Below are positions 16,893 through 24,561 of a stretch of DNA of 32,000 nt, in pieces. Source of the stretch: Staphylothermus hellenicus DSM 12710 (GTDB lineage: Archaea; Thermoproteota; Thermoprotei_A; Sulfolobales; Desulfurococcaceae); the NCBI RefSeq assembly GCF_000092465.1, contig NC_014205.1:420001-452000 (forward strand), written 5' to 3'. Below the pieces are notes generated by a model, which saw nothing but the letters and a program-made list of their open reading frames with translations, was not told the origin of the DNA and did no database searches. Positions within the stretch are counted from its first letter, which is position 1. Every line of letters begins with the position of its first letter. The translations under genes and the position numbers were made by a program.

Positions 16893-17129
16893 ATGAGGGG
16901 ATATTGTTTGGATGAAGCTGTTTGTGACGGATTAGCGGCCTCACTGCTCGTCAAAAAATATTTTACAGAGGTTCTTGGAGTTGAGAATAGGGATTTTGAG
17001 ATTAAAAAAGTCAGTTATGAAAATGGAAAATTTATAATAGAGTGTTGTGTTCATGGTGGTATATATGATTCGCATTATCGTGCTATAGTTGATGAGAATT
17101 GTAGATTAATCAAGGTTCATAAGGTCTAA
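16893..17129 (+). CDS. Small Cys-rich protein, unknown function
   Basis: 78 aa with an ATG start. It ends 21 nt upstream of kinase 1. Confidence 0.5.
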   Translation: MRGYCLDEAVCDGLAASLLVKKYFTEVLGVENRDFEIKKVSYENGKFIIECCVHGGIYDSHYRAIVDENCRLIKVHKV

Positions 17130-17150
17130 TTAGATATAGGTGCAGATGCG

Positions 17151-18731
17151 GTGGATTGGAAGGGGGGTAAAAGAATATTAAAGCTTTCCGATGAAGCTTT
17201 AGAAGAAGCTATGAGGATGAGAGGTGAGGCTTTAGAAATAGCTGAGAAGATAAGAATTGAATCCGCCAAAACAATGTATTGGAAAAGGCTTCGGGGGAGG
17301 AATGTTTCTGCTAGTATAATAGATTTTATTCCGGCAACCGGAGTATATTATCCTGGTCAGCGAGTATGTTCTCGTCTGAGGTTCAAGAATACTGGGAATG
17401 TTAGGTGGACTTTCTACATTAGCTATAGTGTTCAGGACGGGAGTGGGAAGCGGTATAATATAAGATCGCATGCTGTAACACTTGATCCAGGCGAGGTTTC
17501 TAGCTGGCAATATATGTGTTGGGATGTACCCCGAAACCCTGTTACGGGATGGTATAAAGTTGTTATGGTTGTTTGGAAGACTATGCCGGAAAAAGATCCT
17601 AATGCTATACAACTTGACTTCAGAGAGAGGGCAAACTCATTCAGGGTTTTAAGGAAGGAAGATTTTGCCCCTGAGCTCGCCTCTTACTATTCAGATGCTG
17701 AGTATGTTGGAGGAGGGGGGTTTGGAAGGGTTTTTAAAGCTAGGAGGAGAGACGGGAAGATAGTTGCTGTGAAGATCCCTGTATCGCTTGATAGGGAGGC
17801 TGGGAAGAGCTTTATCAGGGAGTTAGAGGCTTGGAAGAGGCTTAGACATAGAAATATAATAAAACTATATGATTACAATATATTACCTATCCCGTACCTT
17901 GAAATGGAATATGCTGATAGGAGTCTAGAGGATTTGGAGAAGCCCATGGATGTTGGAGAGGCTGCAAGGATAATACTTGAGGTTGCTGAGGGGCTTAAAT
18001 ATGCTCATATGAACGGGATAATCCATGGAGATCTGAAGCCGCAGAATATCCTCCTCCTAGGAAATACTCCGAAGATCACTGACTGGGGACTAGCAAAGTT
18101 TAGGAAAGAGGATAGGTCTCCTAGGATATCTCCATTCACACCACTATATGCAGCGCCAGAGCAGCTGTTAGAAAAGTTCGGCGAAGTTGATGAGAGAACC
18201 GATATATGGCAGCTTGGCGCAGTCTTCTATGAACTAGTTACTGGCAGACCACCATTCTATAGTGATGATATGGTTGAGACTATGCATAAGATAATAAGTG
18301 AGAAGCCTGTGGAGCCAGGTAGAGTGAACCCGGAGGCGAGGAGTGTAGAGCACATTATAATGAAATGTCTTGAAAAGAGTAAGGATAAGCGTTATCAGAG
18401 CGTGGAGGAGCTTCAAAGAGATCTTGCAGAGTATCTGAAGATCAACTATAATAGATCCCTGGATGAGACCAGGATAAAAGGCGATCTTACAAGATCGAGA
18501 TTCTTCTGTGCCCAGCTAATTCTCCTCTCAGCAAGATACAAAGACTATATGGAGACTATAAAGTATCTTTCAATTTTTAAAGATTATGCATGTGAAGAGG
18601 AGAGAAGACAGATTAACAGCCTAATTGAGCAGATTAACATCAGAATGAAGAGGGAAATAGCGTTTGATGATGAACTTAAGAATAGGATAGAAACCCTTGT
18701 ATATAATGTGATGCTAAAGAAAAGACTCTAA
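17151..18731 (+). CDS. Hanks-type Ser/Thr protein kinase with N-terminal beta-sandwich-like domain and C-terminal helical domain (kinase 1)
   Basis: 526 aa with a GTG start. Kinase motifs: VGGGGFGRVFKA, VAVKIP, HGDLKPQN, DWG (in place of DFG), YAAPE, DIWQLG, KRYQS. The N-terminal ~170 aa resemble a CARDB-like beta-sandwich (RFKNTGNVRWTF...LDPGEVS...GWYKVVMVVW). No TM helix. Confidence 0.9.
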   Translation: MDWKGGKRILKLSDEALEEAMRMRGEALEIAEKIRIESAKTMYWKRLRGRNVSASIIDFIPATGVYYPGQRVCSRLRFKNTGNVRWTFYISYSVQDGSGKRYNIRSHAVTLDPGEVSSWQYMCWDVPRNPVTGWYKVVMVVWKTMPEKDPNAIQLDFRERANSFRVLRKEDFAPELASYYSDAEYVGGGGFGRVFKARRRDGKIVAVKIPVSLDREAGKSFIRELEAWKRLRHRNIIKLYDYNILPIPYLEMEYADRSLEDLEKPMDVGEAARIILEVAEGLKYAHMNGIIHGDLKPQNILLLGNTPKITDWGLAKFRKEDRSPRISPFTPLYAAPEQLLEKFGEVDERTDIWQLGAVFYELVTGRPPFYSDDMVETMHKIISEKPVEPGRVNPEARSVEHIIMKCLEKSKDKRYQSVEELQRDLAEYLKINYNRSLDETRIKGDLTRSRFFCAQLILLSARYKDYMETIKYLSIFKDYACEEERRQINSLIEQINIRMKREIAFDDELKNRIETLVYNVMLKKRL

Positions 18732-18779
18732 AACAACTAGATCACCTAAATTATAGAAATTATTAAAATATATAACATA

Positions 18780-18947
18780 GGGGAGAACTGATTCAAAGTC
18801 TTTAGCTCCCTTTCGGGGCAACCCCTGAGGCCTACATCCGAAGACTAGTTCATCCCCTATAGGCAGTAAGCCTGCCTGAGCAGAAGGGGCGGTTCAAAAA
18901 TGTCAACACCCATGGAATATTTAACAGTTTCGGTAGGCATTCTGCCG
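18780..18947 (+). ncRNA. Candidate structured RNA element (unclassified)
   Basis: A locally GC-enriched intergenic stretch with nested complementary segments. GGGG-A-GAAC (18780-18788) pairs with GTTC-AT-CCCC (18848-18857). AGTCTT (18797-18802) pairs with AAGACT (18841-18846). Hairpins: GGGG-CAA-CCCC (18815-18825), AGGCAG-TAAGC-CTGCCT (18861-18877), and 18931-18947, the last with two G-U pairs that only work on the plus strand. Confidence 0.25.
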
Positions 18948-19025
18948 TGTCTTTAAGGGGTAAGGATGCTTTGGTAAATGCTTGTGGGGAGGATGTTTGA
19001 TTAAGTTATTTTTTAACTTATATGT

Positions 19026-20297
19026 CTAGTCTAAGCTGCTTCTAAATGAAACCCCTCTATTCCTAAGCCACTTCTCCATCTCTTCGATCCTCTCCCTAGA
19101 ATTTGTTGCATTTACCTCTTCTATGGTCTTCATTATTATATTCTTGTTCAGCACAGGCTTCTCTCCCTTATTAAAAGCTTCCAATGCAGCCTTATCCTTT
19201 GCTCTCTCTAGTGCATTGATGATGTCGTGGATGCTATAAAGTTTCCTCCTCATAGCTGCTGCAATCTCATCTAAATCCTTTTCAGATAAGTCGATGAATA
19301 TGTCTTTGAGCTGTGAGAGTCTATCCTTTATCAAGAATATGATCTCCTTTTTATGGGGTAAACCCACATAAACTATGTTTCCACCAAACCTCCTAATAAT
19401 GTTCTCATCCAGATCCTCAGGATAATTTGTAGACGCTAGCATCAGTAGAAAACCTCTGGTTCCTCCAGGCCTCATCGCCAGGTCTATTAATCGACCGGTC
19501 TCCTGTTTAAATATATTCAATACATTGCCCATAGATGCGTTGATGGCTGCAGCTTTCTTACTAAATAGTCCTCCCAGTTCATCAAAGTATACCCCAATAT
19601 TTAATCCATCCTCTAACATTCGGTTAATGGTGTGGAAAACAGCCTTAGTAGTTTTTTCACTCTGCCCCATATACATCCCAAGCAGTCTAGAAGCATCTAT
19701 CTCAACATAGACCCACTTCCTCCCACTCTTCTTACATAAGCTCGCAATATACCCCATTAAACTCCTAGCAAACGTGGTTTTACCGGTACCACTAGGCCCT
19801 ACAAGCAAGGCGCAATAATTAGGTGAAAGATCCCTATATATCCTCTTAAACCTCAACTCAACTATTCTAAATATCTCCCCTAACACAGGGTTTGTCCTTT
19901 TAATATTGTTGAAAGATAAGATTTTACCAAATTCTTTTACATCAGTTTTAAAGTAAGAGTATATAGGTTTGATGACTATGTTGTACTCATCAGTATTCAG
20001 TGGAACGCCTACTTCGAGCGCCGCATCATTAATATACTTATCTATAACCCCCTCTCCCATCCGCTTAGGAAGTCTTCCCCCCTTAATTTTCTCGATTCTA
20101 TAGTATATTTTCTGGCCAATGGATTTAAGCCTTTCAGAAGTCTCCCTATTCTCTGTTACCCTAATTAAGGAAATTATTATGTTGAGAGATTTCCTGTAAT
20201 AATATAGGGCTGTATCTGGGTCATGTTTTTCATGCTCTCTTGCCTCAGTTATCAATCTATCAAGTTCATCAAGAAGTCTATGGAACTCTTGATACAT
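19026..20297 (-). CDS. MIT-domain AAA+ ATPase, Vps4/CdvC-like (divergent)
   Basis: 423 aa. The N-terminal three-helix MIT-like segment is LDRLITEAREHEKHDPDTALYYYRKSLNIIISLI...IGQKIYYRIEKIKG. Walker A LLVGPSGTGKTT; pore-loop-like GMYMGQSEK; Walker B VYFDELGG; ASTNYPEDLDENIIRRFG (sensor 1 / SRH of classical AAA); C-terminal helix IEEMEKWLRNRG. Confidence 0.85.
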   Translation of the reverse strand: MYQEFHRLLDELDRLITEAREHEKHDPDTALYYYRKSLNIIISLIRVTENRETSERLKSIGQKIYYRIEKIKGGRLPKRMGEGVIDKYINDAALEVGVPLNTDEYNIVIKPIYSYFKTDVKEFGKILSFNNIKRTNPVLGEIFRIVELRFKRIYRDLSPNYCALLVGPSGTGKTTFARSLMGYIASLCKKSGRKWVYVEIDASRLLGMYMGQSEKTTKAVFHTINRMLEDGLNIGVYFDELGGLFSKKAAAINASMGNVLNIFKQETGRLIDLAMRPGGTRGFLLMLASTNYPEDLDENIIRRFGGNIVYVGLPHKKEIIFLIKDRLSQLKDIFIDLSEKDLDEIAAAMRRKLYSIHDIINALERAKDKAALEAFNKGEKPVLNKNIIMKTIEEVNATNSRERIEEMEKWLRNRGVSFRSSLD

Positions 20298-20323
20298 ACC
20301 TTAAATACCCGCTCTCCATCCAA

Positions 20324-20953
20324 TTAAGCTTGTTCTTTATCCATGATCACTTTCTTCCACTCCTTCTCCGGGGCTACCTCCTCTTTAGGCTTTTTCTTAG
20401 CCTCCTTCATCTCGAGCTCTCTAAACTCCTTCTCCATCTCCTTATCAATACCCTCAATCTCCTCCCCTTCCTCTACTATAGAATATCCCTCCATCATCTT
20501 CTCCATTCTATCCTTATACTTCAGATATTTAGCTCTCTGAGCTACAGGATCGATATTTGCCATATCCGCCAGAGTATTTAGTATATCGATCCTACGATTT
20601 TCCTCTACCAAGGTAATTATCTTTATGATATTGTCAACCAAATAATATATTGCCTCATAATAATTTAGAGCCTTTTCCAAATGTTTTCTATACTGCACAT
20701 ACTGTACTTTCGCCATCTTCTGATGTATATCACTTCCTGTTTTTCTATAGATACTATAGTTTTCCTGCCAATCCTTATATATTGCACTTGCTAGTTCTCT
20801 AAAATGGTTTGCTTTAGCATATATTTCCTCTATCCTTCTAATTATCTCCAGACTTTTCCCCTTTAACTCTTCATTATCCAGCTCATCCACCAGCTTTTTA
20901 ACAGGTTCTATAGTATTCCGATAACTAATCCTAACCTCCTGCATCTTCGTCAA
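20324..20953 (-). CDS. ESCRT-III-superfamily-like coiled-coil protein B
   Basis: 209 aa. The TTG at 20953 overlaps the upstream stop; an ATG lies at 20944. A long helical hairpin (KMAKVQYVQYRKHLEKALNYYEAIYYLVDNIIKIITLVEENRRIDILNTLADMANI) is followed by an acidic region and a C-terminal DKEMEKEFRELEMK that resembles a MIM1 motif. Assigned from pattern only. Confidence 0.5.
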   Translation of the reverse strand: MTKMQEVRISYRNTIEPVKKLVDELDNEELKGKSLEIIRRIEEIYAKANHFRELASAIYKDWQENYSIYRKTGSDIHQKMAKVQYVQYRKHLEKALNYYEAIYYLVDNIIKIITLVEENRRIDILNTLADMANIDPVAQRAKYLKYKDRMEKMMEGYSIVEEGEEIEGIDKEMEKEFRELEMKEAKKKPKEEVAPEKEWKKVIMDKEQA

Positions 20954-21588
20954 TCCCCACTAGAATCAGAAAGTTTCTTCTCTATATCGCTCAGCTTGTC
21001 TACCTCCTCACTCTTATATGCTGGTTTTTCCTTTTTCTCTCTAGGTATGTGCCTCCCTGTAGCCTTAGCCTTAGCTAATTCTATAGCGTTCGTAATATCT
21101 TCTTCTTCAACATTTACCATATCGCCTTCCAACTGCCTAGAAATCATTTGGATAGCCTGTCCAAGGTACTGCCTTATATCTTCAACTCCCTTAAAAGGCT
21201 TTATAGGGATTTTGAAGCCGCCTCTGCTAAAAATGTTTCTCAGCTTCGAACTTATCTTATCAAATATAACACTCATATCATGTAATCCAATAGCTGTCTC
21301 AATATCATCAGCCATCATAATAAACTCGTAGCCTAGGTCCATGAAAAGCCTGGCATTTTTTTGAGCTCTAACAGCTCTGGCGGCTAAATGCCTGGTTTCT
21401 GGATGGGACTCACCCTTGACAAGCACAACCTTGCTTAATTCATCCATAAGTTTCTCAGCCTGTCTCTCCCTCTCCTTTGCTTTCTTCTTAAACTGTTCAC
21501 CGATCATTCCAACCTGAGCAAGCAGCTGATACAGCTCTTCCTCCTCATCTTTTCTTCGGAAAATTCTTCTAAAGACCAATAGGAACAC
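20950..21588 (-). CDS. ESCRT-III-superfamily-like protein A (Snf7/CdvB/PspA-like)
   Basis: 212 aa. A basic-hydrophobic N-terminus MFLLVFRRIFRRK precedes a helical hairpin (KKKAKERERQAEKLMDEL...ETRHLAARAVRAQKNARLFMDLGYEFIMMADDIETAIGLHDMSVIFDKISSKLRNI) that parallels the ESCRT-III alpha1-alpha3 pattern. The acidic C-terminus ends in the MIM-like EEVDKLSDIEKKLSD. Confidence 0.55.
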   Translation of the reverse strand: MFLLVFRRIFRRKDEEEELYQLLAQVGMIGEQFKKKAKERERQAEKLMDELSKVVLVKGESHPETRHLAARAVRAQKNARLFMDLGYEFIMMADDIETAIGLHDMSVIFDKISSKLRNIFSRGGFKIPIKPFKGVEDIRQYLGQAIQMISRQLEGDMVNVEEEDITNAIELAKAKATGRHIPREKKEKPAYKSEEVDKLSDIEKKLSDSSGD

Positions 21589-21610
21589 CTACTAAGATAC
21601 ATAAATGAAT

Positions 21611-21626
21611 TAATATTTTAAATATG
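21611..21626 (-). promoter_or_regulatory. TATA-box-like element for the ESCRT-III/AAA operon
   Basis: The minus strand reads CATATTTAAAATATTA, centred about 30 nt upstream of the ATG at 21588. This spacing fits an archaeal short-leader promoter. Confidence 0.3.
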
Positions 21627-21739
21627 TATCGGTTGCCCGGTTAAAAACGTATTGAGATCCCATATATCAAATTGTATTAAATAACACTTTCTAGTACGAA
21701 ACAATTATAACTGGTAATTGATGCATTAGTGTATAGGGC

Positions 21740-22402
21740 TTGGGTACGTTGGGTGGAGAGAAGAAAGGTTATGCGGAGAAGCTTTATTGGGAACTACAAT
21801 CGAAAAAGGAAATCGACTTAGGAAAGCATGGGGGATACAGAGTATATTATAAGAATAAGTTCGATAGGGAATACCTGCTCTTTCTAGAGAGAAGGAGAAA
21901 ACTATATTCCTTCTTCAGCTCCCCAGCGGTTAGAAAACTACTAATCGATATTCGAGAAAATAATGATGACTATGAAGCTCTCTATCATTTAAGCCGAGTA
22001 GATAAGATTATCGTGATCAAATATACCAAGGATATTGGTGGAAACCTGCCTCCCCTACCAGCAGGTGATAAGGTAGAGGTCATAGTAATAGAGCCCGAAA
22101 CACTGCTCAACAAAGCTGACCCAGATCTAGGAATTAAGATATTCCCTGACAAGAAGGACTCTCTATCAAGAATCCTATATAATAAGTATCTTTACAAGGA
22201 CTTAAGAGTGGACAAAATTAAATCCTATATAAGACGCAGGATTGAGGAGGCTAAGGCTAGTAATGGAAAATTATGGGTGTGTTTGAAGGAGCTGAAGAAG
22301 GAATACAAGTATGAGAATGAAGAATTCTGGAAAGAATTTATCCATATGATAAAGAATGATGAAGATTTTATCTATCAAGATGAATATATAACAACTAGAT
22401 AA
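21740..22402 (+). CDS. Hypothetical cytoplasmic protein, divergent from the ESCRT-III/AAA operon
   Basis: 220 aa. Only TTG starts are available (21740 or 21749); there is no in-frame ATG near the 5' end. ATTATAA lies about 30 nt upstream. No motif recognised. Confidence 0.5.
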   Translation: MGTLGGEKKGYAEKLYWELQSKKEIDLGKHGGYRVYYKNKFDREYLLFLERRRKLYSFFSSPAVRKLLIDIRENNDDYEALYHLSRVDKIIVIKYTKDIGGNLPPLPAGDKVEVIVIEPETLLNKADPDLGIKIFPDKKDSLSRILYNKYLYKDLRVDKIKSYIRRRIEEAKASNGKLWVCLKELKKEYKYENEEFWKEFIHMIKNDEDFIYQDEYITTR

Positions 22403-22426
22403 CTCAAACACTATGATAAGTTACTC

Positions 22427-23476
22427 TTAGGAGATGATGTAGAGGAAATAATATGTGAATGAGACGAACTCAGGCTCTTTATCCCTACACCATAGGTGAT
22501 AATAAATAGTTGAATCCTGGCCTATTAGATCTTGTATCATCCTATCAAGGCTGTATCTAGGAAAATAGGCGAATATAAGCGATAACAATAGTACAGTTAG
22601 CAGTCCAGCTATAATAAGATAGCCTCCCAGGGTCTTTCCAAGATAGATAGATAAGAAATTACCTACAACTAAGTAATAATATGGTATCATGTACAGAAAT
22701 ATTATCTGAGCATTTAATGCATATCTAAGATCTTTCCTCACCTCCTCATTCACTATATTATCGAAGAAGCCTAACTTGTTTATCACTTCCCTTGCTTTGA
22801 AAAACTTCTTATTATAGAACCCTATTACAAGCAGGATCAGTGAGAATATTAAAATCTCATTCCCTAGTATTTGTCCAAAATAGTAGATGGGATTTGAGAA
22901 TGTTTTATACGATATATCTAAAAACACGTCATGCATTAATGTAGGCTTTACGGTTTTGATATAATAAGCTCCTACCATTGTCTCATATACGGGGATGAAC
23001 AGATATTTGTAAACGATCCGGAAGAATGCAGCTATATTTGCTAAGAGTGGATAATATCTAAGTATATGTAAACCATAAATGTCTAGTCTAAATAAATCAA
23101 GAAAACCTAGATCATTATTTCTACGGGATGCTATCCTCGCTATTGAAAAGAACAGTGGTTGAGAAAATATTAATATAGCCATAATTAAGTCTAAAACCAT
23201 ATTAGCCGGGGTTAAAACATACTTGGTCCATGGACTGCTAAAAAAGTATAATGAGCCTTTAAAAATGGCTAGAAATAATATAATGAATATTATGTACCCC
23301 TTATATCTACTGCCCCGCCTCTTTATAGCTAGAATCCTATGCTTAATTATCTCCTCTTCCTCGGTTTGAATTATCTGTGTCTGATCCCTGCATATAACTT
23401 CTCTAAGCCTGGGATTGTATCTGTAGTTGTCTAGATAAGTATTTATAATTCTATGTAAGTCATTATTAGCTGGCAT
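22427..23476 (-). CDS. Polytopic membrane protein (about 6-7 TM), unknown function
   Basis: 349 aa. A cytoplasmic N-terminal ~65 aa is followed by multiple hydrophobic segments. It starts 18 nt downstream of the 23495-24391 gene. Confidence 0.65.
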   Translation of the reverse strand: MPANNDLHRIINTYLDNYRYNPRLREVICRDQTQIIQTEEEEIIKHRILAIKRRGSRYKGYIIFIILFLAIFKGSLYFFSSPWTKYVLTPANMVLDLIMAILIFSQPLFFSIARIASRRNNDLGFLDLFRLDIYGLHILRYYPLLANIAAFFRIVYKYLFIPVYETMVGAYYIKTVKPTLMHDVFLDISYKTFSNPIYYFGQILGNEILIFSLILLVIGFYNKKFFKAREVINKLGFFDNIVNEEVRKDLRYALNAQIIFLYMIPYYYLVVGNFLSIYLGKTLGGYLIIAGLLTVLLLSLIFAYFPRYSLDRMIQDLIGQDSTIYYHLWCRDKEPEFVSFTYYFLYIIS

Positions 23477-23494
23477 TTTTCCTCCACTCTACAG

Positions 23495-24391
23495 TTAATG
23501 TATTAGAGATTCTATAGATTTATTTAGGACGTGTTTTAATGTATCGGTTGAGAATTTAGACAACGGCCCCAGATGCTCATTAAATATTAGGCAGGGTTCA
23601 AACTCGTTCTTAATAATACTGAATATTACACCCCCTAAAAGATCCCTATACCGCTTTATCTCCAGCTCATTACTAGCTATTTTACTACATAATTCTGTAA
23701 TGCATTTTAAAATGCAGAGTTTGAACCTGAAAAATGTTTTCAGCAACGAAAACCCAGGTATTCTATCCTTGATCTCATTGAATTCTTTACTCAACTTATC
23801 ATATTTATCGCTAAGAACGCTATGTAGCTCTTTAATCATTTTCGTACTAGCTTTCCTATCCATTCCCGATATATCGTAGCTGGACTGGTATAGCATAGGC
23901 CTGAAACACACATTAATCACCTCATATAGCTTAATCAGTTTGCCTATTTCCTCCGCTTTATATCGCTCCTCTATCTTGTCAAGTATTGAAGCCCTCCTAA
24001 TAACATAGTTCATGAGAGAAATATCGGGGGTCTGTGAACTGTTTTCATCATAGCTGATCAGAGATGGAGGAGCTGTTTCCAAATCAGATAATTTATCATG
24101 TTTAGAGGAGATCAAGCATTTGTAGAGATAATCCTTATATTCTTCTAAAATATTTCTTAGAAAATCCAGTTTATCAATCATTTCTTCTATATTTGTAGAT
24201 GCAGGGGAACCTTCTTTACAATATTTCTTAATAGAGTCCTTAACTTCTCTTACTTCATTGAGGATTTTATTTGCTTCTCTAATTAAATCTTTTGGAGTAA
24301 CAAAGTGTTCCAGATTATATATAAGGCATAGGCCCTCATCCTCAAGCTTAGTAATTTTATTGGCTAGATCTCCACGACAACCATTACCCAT
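23495..24391 (-). CDS. All-helical cytoplasmic protein, unknown function
   Basis: 298 aa with an ATG start. Divergent from the 24562 gene across a 170-bp, extremely AT-rich spacer. Confidence 0.6.
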   Translation of the reverse strand: MGNGCRGDLANKITKLEDEGLCLIYNLEHFVTPKDLIREANKILNEVREVKDSIKKYCKEGSPASTNIEEMIDKLDFLRNILEEYKDYLYKCLISSKHDKLSDLETAPPSLISYDENSSQTPDISLMNYVIRRASILDKIEERYKAEEIGKLIKLYEVINVCFRPMLYQSSYDISGMDRKASTKMIKELHSVLSDKYDKLSKEFNEIKDRIPGFSLLKTFFRFKLCILKCITELCSKIASNELEIKRYRDLLGGVIFSIIKNEFEPCLIFNEHLGPLSKFSTDTLKHVLNKSIESLIH

Positions 24392-24561
24392 ATGTTACGC
24401 CTCTAAAAACCATATCATATAATAATCTAAGAAATGATAAATAAATAATTTATTTTTAATTGTTCCCTCAAAGAAAAACTATAAATTAAATTATTACAAT
24501 ATTATATAAAATAATTAAAATTTAGCCTAAACATTAAACATTATTTTTTAAGTAGTGAAAG

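Noticed and set aside
18880-18905. tRNA-like T-arm (GGGGCGGTTCAAAAA)
   Set aside because: There is no complementary 3' half of a T stem, no acceptor stem, and no D or anticodon arms. It is treated only as part of the candidate structured element.
19026-21588. Interpreting the operon as the canonical cdvB-cdvC cell-division locus
   Set aside because: Not fully excluded, but no CdvA-like PRC-barrel gene is nearby. Both ESCRT-III-like proteins are too short for the CdvB winged helix. The ATPase P-loop and linker are atypical, and the neighbours are kinases and gene remnants rather than conserved core genes. I therefore describe it as a paralogous accessory module pending phylogeny.
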